From: Paraspadella gotoi
Taxonomy: Eukaryota > Animalia > Chaetognatha
DNA: 64,000 nucleotides
Reading direction: 5' to 3'
Assembly (NCBI GenBank): GCA_051294375.1
Contig: CM119264.1
Location: 741,261-805,260 of the forward strand
Of the stretch, positions 1-19,811 are shown one piece after another (position 1 is the stretch's first letter; each line of letters begins with the position of its first letter). Position numbers and translations under genes: made by a program. A model generated the notes under the pieces. The model saw only the letters and a list, made by a program, of their open reading frames with translations. It had not been told where the DNA came from and did not search any database.

Positions 1-163
1 AAAAGTAGCTCACCCAGCGCTTAGCTAAAAGAATGAATGACAACTAAAAATTGAATTTCGGGATTAAAGAAACTGAAATGGGTCGATTTTGGAAAAGAGA
101 GCCCGACTTTCAAACTCTCTCCCTCCCCAACTTCCCTAACCAACTTTCTATCCTCGTCTCCAG

Positions 164-296
164 GTGGAGCTGCTCCTCGTCTCCCACGAGTCACCGATGC
201 TCATTTGTCTTGCAACATCTTGAGTCATCCTTCGATTCCAGAGGCCAACGTCACTGTCGCCTTCTTCAGCATGGAGACCGACACTGGACGAATCAG
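164..296 (+). CDS. Internal exon, gene 1 (putative single-pass membrane protein, extracellular part)
   Basis: Branch-like CTAAC (136-140), pyrimidine tract, CAG acceptor (161-163), donor CAG|GTGAGA. Reads GAAPRLPRVTDAHLSCNILSHPSIPEANVTVAFFSMETDTGRI and ends in phase 2, compatible with the exon at 11020. Confidence 0.55.
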
Positions 297-1275
297 GTGA
301 GAAAGAGTTGAGGTCGGCTTATTGAGTCACATGGTCATTCTGGGATGGGGGGGGGATTACCGGTCTTAAAATATGTACCGGAGACTATGTGATTAGGTTT
401 AAGGGGATTGTAGGGTCACTGGGTCAATGGTTGTAATGATCACTCAGTACTGACCTCATTTAGTAAAGCCACTAGGTTCCGAGTAAAAGAACCAGTTCCA
501 TGGCTGCCAGCAGGGTTAAAAACTTGGGGATAGTCATCTTCAGCGCCTTTCAGGTGAGTGAGAGACAAATTTAGCAGGCATGAGGTAAAATTTTTTTTTT
601 GTAAACTGTGAATCATGAAAAAATTTGCGATTTTTTAAAGAAAAAAATATAAAGAAGACGTAAGCCTTATTTTAAAAAAATCAATGAACAAATAAACAAA
701 TTAAAAGAAGGGAGGAAAGAGGGAGAAAGGAGATAGAAAAAGAAGGGAGAAAGTTTGAGGAGAGAGAGAGAAAGGAGGCAGGAAAGGAAGAAGGAAAGAA
801 GGTAGAAAGAGGAGGGAAAAAAGGGAGGAAAAAGGGAGAAAGAGAGTTAAAGTAGAAAATGATCTTGTAAAAGGAAAAAAATAAATTGGGGAAAAAGAAG
901 TGAGGAATCGCAAATAGTGAAAGCACAGGAAAAAAAGGAATAAGAAGGAAAGTAAAGGGAAAAAAGGAAAATAGGGAAAAGGGAAAAGGAGAAGGATGAT
1001 GATGAGGAGAGGAAGAGGAAGAGGAGGAGGAGCCAGAGGAGAGAAACTCGAGCCTCCATTTTTCAACCCAAAATCCATTCTGAAGAAAATTCGGCGCTTT
1101 TATCCATAATCCGCTTTTTTTTTTTCTTTTTTTAAAGAAAATATTTCGTTTTATTTTTCAACCACAAACTGAGATTTTTGTTGAGTTTTTTCCTCGAATT
1201 CAATTCAAAATGGGAAGGGAAAGGCATATGTCGAGAGATTATTTAAAAAATGGAATATGAATTTTACTACATTGG

Positions 1276-1822
1276 TGTTTTTTATCTGAATAATTATCTT
1301 TAAATTTAGTGAACATATTTAAATAATTTATTAAAATAAATGAAAATTTAATATGTAAATACTTCTGATCTTATTCCGTCTTTGTTTTTAATAAAATTTT
1401 TAATTTATTTTTTTTTCTTTATTTTATGAATTTGTTTGAACCCCTTGCGAAGTTTTCGAAAATTGTTTTTATGTGAATATTATCTTTAAAAATTAGTGAA
1501 CACTATTAAAATAATTTATAAATAAATAAAAAAATTTTATTATGTAAAATACTCTGTCTTATTCGTTCTTTGTTTTATAAAGATGTTTTAATCTTATTTT
1601 TTTTCATTTATGAATTTTGTTGACCATTGAATTTTTCGAAAATTGTTTTTTATGTGAATTAATTATCTTTAAAAAATTAAGTGCAAATATTAAAATAATT
1701 TATAAAATAAATAAAAAATTTATATGTAGATACTCTCATCTTATTCCGTCTTTGTTTTAATAAAATTTTTAATTTATTTTTTTTCATTTTATGAATTTTG
1801 TTTGACCTTGAATTTTCGAAAA
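1276..1822. repeat. AT-rich tandem repeat, ~185-bp unit x3
   Basis: Unit tgttttt(t)atgtgaat..ttatctttaaaa..cttattccgtctttg..ttttcgaaaat restarts at ~1276, ~1463 and ~1643. Confidence 0.85.
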
Positions 1823-2308
1823 TCTGGAAAAGGTACAACATAACTTATAAGGCCCGGGAAGAGAAGAGAAGAGAAGAGAAGAGAAGAGAAGAGAAGAGAA
1901 GAGAAGAGAAGAGAAGAGAACAGAAGAGAACAGAAGGAAAGAGAAGAGAAGAGAAGAGAAGGAAATATAAACAAAGAGAAGAGAAGAGAAGAGTAGAGAA
2001 ATAATATAGTGCCGTCCTTAAGTCGTCCTAGTAAACAATTTTTGTTTTCTAACAAACTATTTAAACAAACTCTTGAACGCGAAGTCAATACTGCGTCAAT
2101 TCGACGTCAATGCGACGTCAATGCCCTGCCAATGCCACGTCGATGCCTAGTCAATGCCGTGCCATCCCCAACTTTCAAACAAAACAAAAAATAAAAAATA
2201 AATGGTTTCGTGAGAGAGAGAGGGAAAAATACAATACATTGAAGACAGCAAAACAGAATGAAAGTAAAAGGAAGATATTGCAAATGACTGCTAATGGACT
2301 TTTAGATG

Positions 2309-2545
2309 TAAGGAAGCCTTGCGCGACAAACTCATCCCGCTTATGAGCATGACACCCTCAGTTATGACCCGGTGGCTTATTGAGTAATACCATTAGGGTA
2401 CAGGGATCGAACCCCGATGGTACCTACCATGCGGGAAGCGTGAGGACTGCCCTAAACTTCCTTGGGGGGCAAGGAAAACCCTCAAGCCTGGTTCCAAGCC
2501 TAGGACCCATTCCGTGGCTGCTAGAGGGGGTTTAAAAGAATTGCG
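2309..2545 (+). mobile_element. Dispersed ~290-bp non-autonomous repeat (family R1)
   Basis: Shares gacacc.tcagt..tgacccggtggct.attgagtaa..gcgggaagcgtgagga..aaaaccctcaagcctggtt with copies at 16056, 35456(-), 46580(-), 57400(-) and 61072. Confidence 0.75.
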
Positions 2546-2603
2546 TTCGGTTAATGATTGGGGATTTGGTTAAAGATTAAAGATCACAGATAAAGATTAT
2601 GGA

Positions 2604-8790
<6,187 letters not shown>

Positions 8791-8968
8791 CAAGCAATAA
8801 AAAGGAAGGATTGGAGCTTTTTCTCAGAAAATGGACTCATAAAAGGAAAAAAAGAGAAAGAAAATGAAGTTGATGAAAAAAATCTTGAGGATGAAATTCA
8901 GGAAATTGTCTGGAATTCTTGCTTTGCGTCCGATGCCTCTCGCCTCCCGCCGCCCCCTACCGCCGCCA

Positions 8969-9000
<32 letters not shown>

Positions 9001-9199
9001 CTCCTACCCTCCCCTGCTGCCGCCGCCGCCGCCGCCTCCTACCCTCCCCTGCTGCCGCCGCCGCCGCCGCCGCCGCCACCNNNNNNNNNNNNNNNNNNNN
9101 NNNNNCGCCGCCGCCGCCGCCGCCTCCTGCCGCCTACGAAAACTCTTGTTACGCATTCATGTTTTTTCTTCGTTTTTTAGTTTCTTTCCAGTTTTGTTG

Positions 9200-9680
9200 G
9201 TGTCACGGTGTGCCACGGTCTGCCCCAGTCTACCAAGCCGTGCCACGGTCTGTCACGGTCTTTTACGCTCTGCTCGGCTGTGTCACGGTGAGCCACGGTC
9301 TGCCACAGTGTGCCAAGGCGTGCCACGGTCTGTCACAGTCTTTTACGGTCTGCAACGTTCCGTCACGGTGTGCCACGGTCTGCCGCAGTATGCCACGCTA
9401 TGCAAAATCGTATCACGATATGTCACGGCGTGCCACGGTCTGTGATGGTGTGTCACTGTGGGACACGGTATGTGGCAGTCTGTCACGGTCTGCCAAGGCG
9501 TCACATGATCGGCAGTGGTCTACCACGGTGTGTCAGTGTCTGCCACAATGTATCACGGTATGTTACGTTTGTAACTTTTGTAACGTTCAGTCACGGTGTG
9601 CCATGGTATGCCATGTGCTACTGTCTGCCACTGTTCGCTACTGTCTGCCACGATATTTCACGTTCTGCCACGGTCTGCCT
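9200..9680. repeat. 10-bp minisatellite (tgYcacggtS)n
   Basis: tgtcacggtg/tgccacggtc units repeated dozens of times with decay. Confidence 0.9.
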
Positions 9681-9807
9681 TCAAATATTTTCTGACAGAA
9701 ACGCGTCAATGTTGTTGTTGTTGTTGTCGTCGTCGTCTTTATCGTCGACGTCGTCGTCGTCGTCTCCTTTTACGTCGTTTCCTGTTGCGTTTGGGAGGAT
9801 AAATAAA

Positions 9808-9897
<90 letters not shown>

Positions 9898-10051
9898 TTG
9901 CTACGGATTCTTGTCTTAGAAGAAAATCTATTGAAAACCAAGAGCATTTTTATCATTTGCAAAATGAAAGAAAAAAAGTTCGCGCAAAAAGTTTTTTTTT
10001 TTTTAAATAAATGTTTTTTGTGACAAAACGCAGAACAAGACAAGAGAATTA

Positions 10052-10097
<46 letters not shown>

Positions 10098-10675
10098 CGA
10101 GAAAGAGGCAGAGGGCCATTCTTCCCCATAAACCATTCTAAACCTTTTAAAAGTCATTAGTCGCTTTGACCTCATGAAAAAAAAGAGCTAAACAAAGAAG
10201 AAGATCTTTTGGAAGTCAGAAAAAAACATAGTACATAGACACTAATAATGTTTAAAGCGTGATGATCATTTTTTCAACAAAAATTAATATTGAATGTATT
10301 GAAAAATCATAGATTAACAGCAAAATAAATAAGTTTTATCTTTTATATAATTAAATTGTTAATATAAATATTATACATTCATACTAATGAAACTATAAAT
10401 AAACTTTATCCTGGGTCGGGTGACGATGGGTGAAGGACTCTCACAAGATAACAGAACAGCAGAACCCTTCAAGTTTTCAATCAAGACTCACTTGTATATA
10501 GTTTAATAAATTCCAGAGTACCTGCCTTCCTAACAAATGAAGGGATATCTATAATATTTTTTTATTAATCCGTTAGTTATAAACTATTTTGTAAGAGAGT
10601 TCTTGCAATGTCATAATCTTGTAATAAAAAAGTATGCAGAGGATAATTTTCAAATTTATTGTCTCAATTCTAATT

Positions 10676-10977
10676 GGCCTTATTTTCCCAAAACGCGTCA
10701 TTTCACCATTAATTCTGAATTAGGTTAATTTCTAAAATTAAAGATTAAGTAAGAGGTTAGGGTTAGGGTTTAGGTTAGGAATTGGGTCAGTTAAGGTTAA
10801 GGACTTGGTTTAAAATTGGGGTTAAATATTTAGGTTAGGGATGAGCATTTCGGTCTGGCTGATGAATTGTGGTTAGGAATTAAGGTTAGAAAAAAACAGA
10901 TTCAGGTTAAATAATATGTTTTAAAATTAAATTCGAATTAAAACGCACAGAAAGTGGTACTCTCGGAAAAGAGAGCC
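10676..10977 (+). mobile_element. TIR element (MITE-like) containing degenerate TTAGGG repeats
   Basis: Left ggccttattttcccaaaacgcgtcatttc, right gaaagtggtactctcggaaaagagagcc, internal gttagggttagggtttagg. Confidence 0.7.
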
Positions 10978-11019
10978 TTTGTTAATTAATTATTTAAATA
11001 TATATTTCATTTATTTCAG

Positions 11020-11138
11020 GTCGGCGGAGATGAAGAAGTGGGTGAACAAGATTCCAGGAGGAGTTCAAGTTGTGATGGCAAAAGATTGGAATTCGTGGCC
11101 GGAAGTGACGCTCAATCCTCAAATCATATCACTTAACA
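11020..11138 (+). CDS. Internal exon, gene 1
   Basis: ttatttcag acceptor, ACA|GTGAGT donor. Reads SAEMKKWVNKIPGGVQVVMAKDWNSWPEVTLNPQIISLN, phase 2 in and phase 1 out, matching both neighbouring exons. Confidence 0.65.
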
Positions 11139-11970
11139 GTGAGTATGACGTGACCATTGCTTATTGAATTTGTGATAGAGAGAGAAAGTAAAAAAGTAGA
11201 AGAAATCTAGAAAGAAAGAAAGAAAGAAAGAAATGCAGAAGAAGAGAAAAACAGAGGGAGAGAAAAAAAGAAAGAGAGAAAAAAAGAGAGAAAGAGAGAA
11301 AAAAAGAAAGAAAGAAAGAGATAAAAAAGAAAGAAAGCAAGATAGAAAGAAAAAAAGAAAGAAAGAAAGAAAGAACAAAAAAGATAGAAAGAAAGATTGA
11401 GAGAAAGAAAAAATATAAAGAAAGAAAGAGAGAAAGAAAGTAAATGAGTCAGAGAGAAAAAAAATGTCAGAAAGAGAGAAAGAAAGACAGAGAAGAAAGA
11501 AAAAAAAAAGAATGAAAAAATGCCAGAAAAAGAGAAAAAAAGACAGAAAAGAAAGAAAGAAAGAAAGAAAGATAAAGATTAAAATTTCCCAGAAAGAAAA
11601 ATGAAAGAGACGTCGGGTCTTTGCTGAGGGTCACGTCTCTTCCTCATCGCAATTTCTCCCTCGCAAGAAGCAAAACCGTTTTATGAATATCATCATTAAA
11701 ACGGATAAAAATACCCAATGAAAAGGGAGAGAGATAGAGAGGGAGAAGGAGACAGAGAGAGAAAATATAGAGAAAGAGAGAGAGAGAGAGATAGAGAGAA
11801 GAGAGATAGAGAGATAGAGACAGATAAGAGAGAGAAAGAGAGAAGAGAGAGAAAGAAAGAGAGAAAAAGAGAGAAGAGAGAAAGAGAGAGAGAGAGTGAG
11901 AGATAGAGAGATAGAGAGATAGAAAGAGTGAAGAGAGAGAAAAAGAGAGAGAAAGAGAGAAGAGAGAAAG

Positions 11971-12001
<31 letters not shown>

Positions 12002-12156
12002 GAGAAAGAGAGAAAGAGAGAAAGAGAGATAGAGAAAGAGAGAGAAGAAAGATAGAGAGGGAGAGGGAGACAGAGAGAGAAAATAGAGAGAAAGAGAGAA
12101 GAGAAAGAAAGAAAGAGAGAGAAGAGAGAAAGAGAGAGAAAGAGAGAGAGAGGGAC

Positions 12157-12205
<49 letters not shown>

Positions 12206-12216
12206 TAAGAGAGAAA

Positions 12217-12254
<38 letters not shown>

Positions 12255-12255
12255 A

Positions 12256-12288
<33 letters not shown>

Positions 12289-12698
12289 CAGAGAGAGAGC
12301 GAGCAGTGGAAAAATAGAAATCTATTTTTACACTTAAACTTACCTTAAATATGTTAAAGGATTTAAAATATCTCTCTCTCTCTTTTGCTCCCATTTTCCA
12401 TAAATTGCTATGAGATAATTATCTGGGCGGTGGTCAAAAATTTAATGAGGCAGTTTTATTCATTATTTTTTGTATTAATTAATTCTATTCATTTGACGAT
12501 TAAAATTATAAAAAAAATTAAATTAAAAAAAAAAATGAATGCAAATATTTTTTTTTGTTTAATTAATGCGCATCTGTTAATGAGTTTCGGTTTATCGGTT
12601 ATTAATATCTGAATAACGAAAAAAGAAAGAGAAAAACGTTACAATCGTTGGAATTAAACGACGGAGATAATTTCGAAAAAATCCTTAGGACATGTGGA

Positions 12699-12754
<56 letters not shown>

Positions 12755-13076
12755 CCGGTTGTGAAGTGAATTTTGAATTGAAGAGATTAAAGTGCCTGCT
12801 AGACTATTAGCCTCTTAGTTATGTCGAACGGGTTATCTTGTTTGGTAAACCTGACTCTCAACCAATTAGCATCTCGATTCGAACCTCATTTCTCTTCTCT
12901 TATCTCCAAACCTCTAAACGATAATCACTAACATTTAAGTTATTTTTTAAACATAAAAACAAAGATAATTTTAAATTTAACTTCCTTGATTATTTATCTG
13001 TAATTATTTTTCATGATTTATCAGGAAAAGACTTAAGTTTCTTTGTGTATTAATATGAACGAAGAAGGTAGGTGTA

Positions 13077-13115
<39 letters not shown>

Positions 13116-13116
13116 T

Positions 13117-13160
<44 letters not shown>

Positions 13161-13249
13161 TCTCTCTTCTCTCTCTCATTATTGCTTCACCTTTATCCCT
13201 CATTTATGGCACCCGCTGTTCCTACCCATTGCCGTCAGCGCTCGTAGCC

Positions 13250-13291
<42 letters not shown>

Positions 13292-13742
13292 CTCTCTCTC
13301 TCTCTCTCTCTCTCTCCTCTCTCAATAATGAGAAGAGATGAAAATTTAAGGAAATCCCCAGAGATCCTTTTTCTTTTTTTTCTTATGGTTTCTCTTCCTC
13401 TTCCTCTTCCTTTTTATCTCCGTTCTCCATCGCTTTCATTTTTTAATCATCCTTTCTCTACAGCTTTTACCACATCATTCTACATTACTACATCACTATC
13501 ATCACTATCTGTAATGTCTTCCAACCTTCTAAGCTTTTCAACATCACAATACTTTATTAGAGCCTTTTCCATGTCATTTTACATCACTACATCAATCTCT
13601 AATGTCTTCCAAGCTTTCCAACATCAAAATACTTCATCACAGCCTTTTCTCCAGCATCCTTTGGCATTTCTTCCTCTCTTCTTTTTTTCTGTTATTGAGT
13701 CTGGAATGATCGTTGTTTGAAACAAAGCCAATGGACGAAAGG

Positions 13743-13877
<135 letters not shown>

Positions 13878-14469
13878 ATGTTATAAAAGTAACACCAGGC
13901 CAAAAAATATCAATGATCTTAGAAACAAAAGGTTTAGAAAAAAAATAAACAACAATAACAACATAAACAACAACGACGATGACGACGACGACAACGACGA
14001 CGATAACGACGACGATAACGACGACGACAACTCAAACGTCGATTAGCGATAATTAAAAAATGGGGGCCATAAAGAAAAGAAACCTTTTTTCTTCTTCCGA
14101 ACGAAATTTGAAACTGAATTTGATTTGGAGGAAATTTTCTTTTTTTTCTTTTTTTTTTAAATTGAAAAAGAAAATTAAAATTTGATGGAAAGAAAAAAAA
14201 GAAAAAAATCTTGGAATTTGAATTAAAAAAAAATTTTCTTTTAATTTTAGTCAATTTCTTGACGCTCAATAAATTTCTTTAATAACTGAAATTTTTGAAA
14301 TTCAAATAAAAAAGAAAAAAAAATATCTGAAAAAAAACAACTTTTTTTGTCCTGTTCCACTGTTTCTTCATCATGAAAATATACTCGTATATTAAAAAAA
14401 AATCTCAAAAAATAAAATACTTTTAACTTTTTTCGAAAAATATTAGTCCTTTGGATTATTTACTTTTTC

Positions 14470-14832
14470 ATTGCTTTAATATGGTTTAAATATGGTTTCA
14501 ATATAGTTTCAATATATTTAAATATGATATTTTAATATGATTTCATAATGGTTTTAGTATTATTTACTTCTTCATTGTTTTAATATGGTTTCAATATGGT
14601 TTCAAATTTCAACATGATCTTTCAATATGGTTTCAATATGATCTTTCAATATGGTTTAGATATGAGTTCAAATTTCAATATGATCTTTCAATATGGTTTC
14701 AATATGAGCTTTCAATATGGTTTAAATATGTTTTCAAATTTCAATATGATCTTTCAATATGGTTTCAATATGATCTTTCAATACGGTTTAAATATGGTTT
14801 TAAATTTAAATATGATCTTTGAATATGGTTTC
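14470..14832. repeat. Minisatellite (ttcaatatggt/ttcaatatgatct)n
   Basis: Direct inspection. It produces the spurious NMIFQYGF-repeat ORF. Confidence 0.85.
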
Positions 14833-15671
14833 ATCATTAATGTTGCACTTTCGTTGTTCGCGATGTTAAAAAATATTCAGGGAAAAAATATTCTCCCGTT
14901 CTTAAAACGAATTTTTATTTTTTATTCCATTTTTGTTCTTTATTATAATTTGCTTATTCGCATTTTTTTTAGTTGTAGCATTCTTATACTTTTGTTATCA
15001 TCATCATATTTAAAATTCACCTTTTTATTATTATTTTTTCACTCTCTTCTTATTAATTTTTAATTATTATTTTTTCGTCGGTCAGTCTGTCTGTCTGTCT
15101 GTCCATCTGTCTGTCCTACTTACGTTAAACTTGCTCAAAACTCCTGTAATATTTCATCAATTTAATTCATATTTGGTATGAAGGTAAGATTATCTTGCAT
15201 ATATATCATACTTTGGGAGTCACGTGATCACCTTGAAAAGCGATCACAGAAAAAAAAAATCGGCTTAAATTTGATCGAATCTAAGAAACTAAAAGCGCTA
15301 CCTTTAGTTTGTTAAGAAATTGTACAAAGAATATGTAACTGATGAAATTCCTCTGAAGTCGAACATACAAGGCGCAACTCATTCTATTATTTCTTTTAAT
15401 AAATCTCCTTCTAAAACCTTTATCTTTCTCAGGCTCAATATCTCTATTTTTTCTCCCTATTACTATAATTTTGTCCTTTTTTTCCCCTCTTTTTCGTAAA
15501 AATCATTTTCATTTTTTTCCTATATCTCAACCTAATCTCCTTTATTCTCTCATCTTCTTCAAATCTCTCTTTCTCTCTTCTCGTCTCTCTCTTCACTCTG
15601 TCTTTCCTTCTTCTCTCTCGTCTCTCTCTCTCTCTCTCTTCTCTCTCTTCTCTCTCCCTCTCTCTCTCTCT

Positions 15672-15712
<41 letters not shown>

Positions 15713-15907
15713 CATCTCTCTTCCTCTCTCCTCCTCTCTTCTCCCTACTTTGGCCTTTTTTTTCTTTCCCCCAAGGGAGAGCAAATGTTTGCTCTACTGG
15801 CGCCATCTTTTAAACTTCTGTCGAGTGTTTCCTTTCGCTCGGGGGAAAGAGTCGGGCGGCGAAGAGGGCTTGGTTGTCGGACAAACAGAGAAGTCGGAAG
15901 TCGGGCA

Positions 15908-16570
15908 AGCCTTATTTTCCCAAAGTGCCCCGTTTCAACCTAATTATAATTATATTAGTTTTTAAAAGTTAAACAGGAACGGTCATTCTAATCATGAGTT
16001 GCGCCGTGTTTGTTTGACATATGCAGTAGAGAACACACCGGAATCCCATCATTTTACAGTAGGGTATTGCATAAGTTCACCCAACCTAATAACATGACAC
16101 TTTTAGTCGTAACCCGGTGAATCAGCTGAGTAATACCATCAGATTCAGACCGTGAATGATCCCCAATGGTATCTACCCTGCGGGAAGCGTGAGGATGGCC
16201 TCTTTTTCTCTCTATGAATTAGTTTAGTTTCAGGCCAGATATTTTATGGTCACTGGTCCTTTTTTGTACTAGTTTTTAGAACTCAAATATTAGGAAATGG
16301 TTATTGTTAATAAAGAACCAAGTTAAGGATTGGGGATTAGGGATTGGGGATTAGGTTTAGGGATTAGGGATTAGGGTTAGAAATGGGGATTAGGGTTAGG
16401 GATTGGGGATGAGGCTTAGGGATTGGGGATTAGGTTTAGGGATTGGGGATTTAGGATTAAGATTGCGATTGGATTTTAGGTTTGAAAATAGATTAAGGTT
16501 AAATATAAAAGTTAAGATGAAGTTTGGAGATTAAAGAAGACAAATGGGATGTTTTTAGAAAAGAGAGCCC
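15908..16570 (+). mobile_element. TIR element with TTAGGG-like tract, with a nested R1 fragment at 16056-16200
   Basis: Left gccttattttcccaaagtgccccgtttc, right aaatgggatgtttttagaaaagagagccc, internal gattaggg/gttaggg repeats at 16320-16490. Confidence 0.7.
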
Positions 16571-16741
16571 AATATTTTGAATTTTGACGGTTTACGAAAT
16601 CTCGGAGGAAGAAAATAATCGGTAAAACAATAAATAATTAGCTAAAGTGAAATTGTTTTTAAAAGTTTAATAGAACAAAATAATCAGTATTTCATTAATT
16701 TTCTCAATTCCCCCCCCCCCCCCCCCCTCTCTTCTCTCTCT

Positions 16742-16785
<44 letters not shown>

Positions 16786-16818
16786 TCTCATCGTCCTCTC
16801 GTCTCTAATCTCTCTCAG

Positions 16819-17306
16819 TCGAATGGATGAACCAAAGAGTTGAAAAGAACATCTCGCTCCCTCTATCCCGTCCCGACGTCGGATCAACAGAAGAACATCG
16901 AGGCGTCGACGTCGCTGGATTCTCAGGGATCGGGACAGTGGCCGTCAGGGGCACAGTGATCGACAGGGGCTTCCTCAAGGTGGGCGCAGTGGTTGTGAGG
17001 GGCACGCTGATTTGCCAGATAAAAGGCATTTGAAATGATTTCAAAGGACAGGACATTGTCAAAAGTGTTGACATTATTGCGATGCCCGACTCTTTGCTCC
17101 CAAAGGTGATGGTGGTTTCCTCCGTGGGAATCCTCGCACTCGTCATCGTCGTTCTCGTTGCCTTTCTCTACCGCAAGGGGGTTCTGTTCAAGCGCCATCC
17201 AGAGGGCATGATGTTGGCGCCAACGACGGAGACGATGGCGCCACCTCAGCCCGAAATGTGGCACATTCATCACGCCCACTCGCCCGTCAACATCATCTAC
17301 GAGATG
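16819..17306 (+). CDS. Exon of gene 1 with a beta-rich segment and transmembrane helix; in-frame TGA at 17031-17033
   Basis: ctaat..tctctcag acceptor, ATG|GTGAGT donor. ORFs 16827 and 17082 are in the same frame. TM segment VMVVSSVGILALVIVVLVAFLY is followed by the basic stop-transfer RKG. Confidence 0.75.
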
Positions 17307-17318
17307 GTGAGTTTCTTG

Positions 17319-17605
17319 AAGGGTTTCGGGAAGGGTTTCGGGAAGGGTTTCGGGAAGGGTTTCGGGAAGGGTTTCGGGAAGGGAAGATGGAAGGAGCGCC
17401 GGAGATCTATTTGAAAAGGGGTCATCTTGTTCGAGCCTCAGGGCGGAGTCATATGTGGGTTGAATTCTATGTGCGTTAAATTATATGTGGGAAGAGTCAT
17501 ATGTGGGCAGAATCCTATGTGGGCGGAGTTATATGTGGATTGAATACTATGTGGGAAGAGTCATATGTGGGCAGAATCCTATGTGGGCGGAGTCATATGT
17601 GGGCA
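17319..17605. repeat. Intronic minisatellites (gaagggtttcgg)x5 and (atatgtgggcggagtc)-like
   Basis: Direct inspection. Confidence 0.85.
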
Positions 17606-18004
17606 CAATTCTCCTCAGACTGAATACTATTGGTTTATGACTTGGCTTTGGTCCGCCGACCAACAAAATGTAACGAAGATTATTAGATTTACCAGTAATT
17701 TTTAAGTTGTCCTTTAATGTAATTAAACAATGTCTCGATACATTGGCGTCATTTTTACGGATTTCAGTAAATTTACATAATAATTTGGTGATGAATTTAT
17801 CTGTTCTGACGTTTATTTGAAAGATATACATCCTTTTATTTTGGAATTGTAAAATGTATAAAACTGTGTAGATAAATAGTCGAGAAAATGAAAGATAACA
17901 TAATTTTTACGGAAATTTGTGTAGATTGTATCACCGTGGGAATAAATTGGTGGATGAAGTAAAAAGGCCAGACTTTTTATGGTCTTTTTAAACAATCCAT
18001 CATT

Positions 18005-18091
<87 letters not shown>

Positions 18092-18472
18092 TTCGTGTGG
18101 AAAAAATATGAAAATACTCCGTAAAAATGGATAAAAAAGACTATAAAGATATCTATGGGATGAATATTTATGAAGAAAATGAAAAAAGAAAGAAAAAAAA
18201 AAGGAAAACACAAAAATTGTCCTTCAGAATAAAACGAAATTTATGGAGTAAAATGCATGAAATCCGTTTTGCTTGACATTTTACAATGAGAATCGATTCG
18301 TTAGATTCAGATGGTTACGGTTTTTTCGTATTGCAATTATTCTTTCAATTGTAAACATTGTAAGAATCGGTTTTCGTCTCATGACCAAAAATATTTTCAA
18401 AATATTGATGGGAAATCAAAACTAATCTTTATACATATATTTAGAACTAATATCTTCCGAAGATAACTAGCG

Positions 18473-18529
<57 letters not shown>

Positions 18530-18568
18530 TCTTTCTTCGCCCATTTATGGTTTCTCGCCACGTCTCAG

Positions 18569-18585
18569 CCAATGTCGTCGTCGTT

Positions 18586-18623
<38 letters not shown>

Positions 18624-18727
18624 TGCTTGTTTCGTTCGGAGAAGAGGGAGAGGCCAAAGCTCTTGGGCTTTCTTCGGTAGAAAAATCGGGTTTTGGCCAA
18701 TCGGGGAAAAAAAGAGTAGTATTTTGA
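18569..18727 (+). CDS. Putative terminal exon of gene 1 (cytoplasmic tail ending KKRVVF*)
   Basis: gtctcag acceptor in phase 0, matching the donor at 17306. Reads PMSSSLS(n)LLVSFGEEGEAKALGLSSVEKSGFGQSGKKRVVF, TGA at 18725-18727. Confidence 0.5.
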
Positions 18728-19742
18728 AGTTTTCCGAAGTGATCCATTCGGCCAGGTCCAAAAAATCGTGTAACTTTGGTTATTGGTTAAAAAGACGCTT
18801 AGCCAATCAGGGATGAAAAAGATCATCCAGAGGGAAACTCAAAAAAAGTATTGGCCCAACAGAAAGACTCAAACTTGGACTCAAACTCAAACAGTGAGAC
18901 TCAAACTTGGTTGACCTCCGATTTCATTGCGAACCCAAGACTTTTATGAGTTTCGATTCTGGCTGATTGGGTTGAGCTCGTGTTGTTGTTGTTTTTATTT
19001 TTGTTGTTGTTGTAGCTGCATTGGTTTCGCCCATCCTTGTTTACTGTTCCGTGTAAAAAATAAATAAAAAAAAAGGAAAGCCCAAAAACTTTTAAGAAAA
19101 TAATTCACGTTAAATTCCTTCATTATGAGAAATATTATACCTAATTATACCATATTATATTATACTATATTAAAAATAGCTCTAATTTTTTTTTAAAGAA
19201 AAATTGATTTTTTTCACCACTTCTGTTTAGGGTGCTGTAGCTGTTAACTGTTAACCGTTAACTGTTAACCGTTAACCGTTAACTGTAGCTGTTACCTGAC
19301 TCGACCGATTTTCTTGCAATTGGATTCCCCTTTCAAAAATCTACATTTCACATTCATATTTTTCTCAACATAGATGCATAGAAAGTTCGCAATTTCGGGT
19401 TTAAGAGTCTCATTTTTGGGGGGGGGCGGGCGGGGTCGCAGGTCTTTCGAAAAGATTCCATTTTTGAATTTCGACGTTTGCCATTCCTCTCGCGATCCCA
19501 ACTGAAAAAAAAATCCATTAAACAAGGCCTCCATCAATGATTTAAACTAATTATTATTGGATTAAATATTAAAAAAAAAAAAAGGCGACGATTGATGAAC
19601 CACGCGAAACCGACGACGACGACGACGACGAGTCTTTAAATTTTGTTCTCGCAGAATGAAAAAAAAAGGAATTATTTTGCGATGTCGATAATTCTATTGC
19701 TTGGCCAAGCGAAGGGGAGGGAGAGAGCAGAGAGAGAGAGAT

Positions 19743-19811
<69 letters not shown>

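Noticed and set aside
8864-10023. Cys/His-rich ORFs resembling metal-binding repeats
   Set aside because: They come from a 10-bp minisatellite that is open in all three frames.
16320-16490. True telomere or chromosome-fusion site
   Set aside because: The tracts are short, degenerate, dispersed and enclosed by TIRs, with no head-to-head perfect arrays.
17031-17033. Selenoprotein call
   Set aside because: There is no redox motif context and no SECIS recognised by eye, and a homopolymer error explains it more simply. Kept only as a checkable finding.
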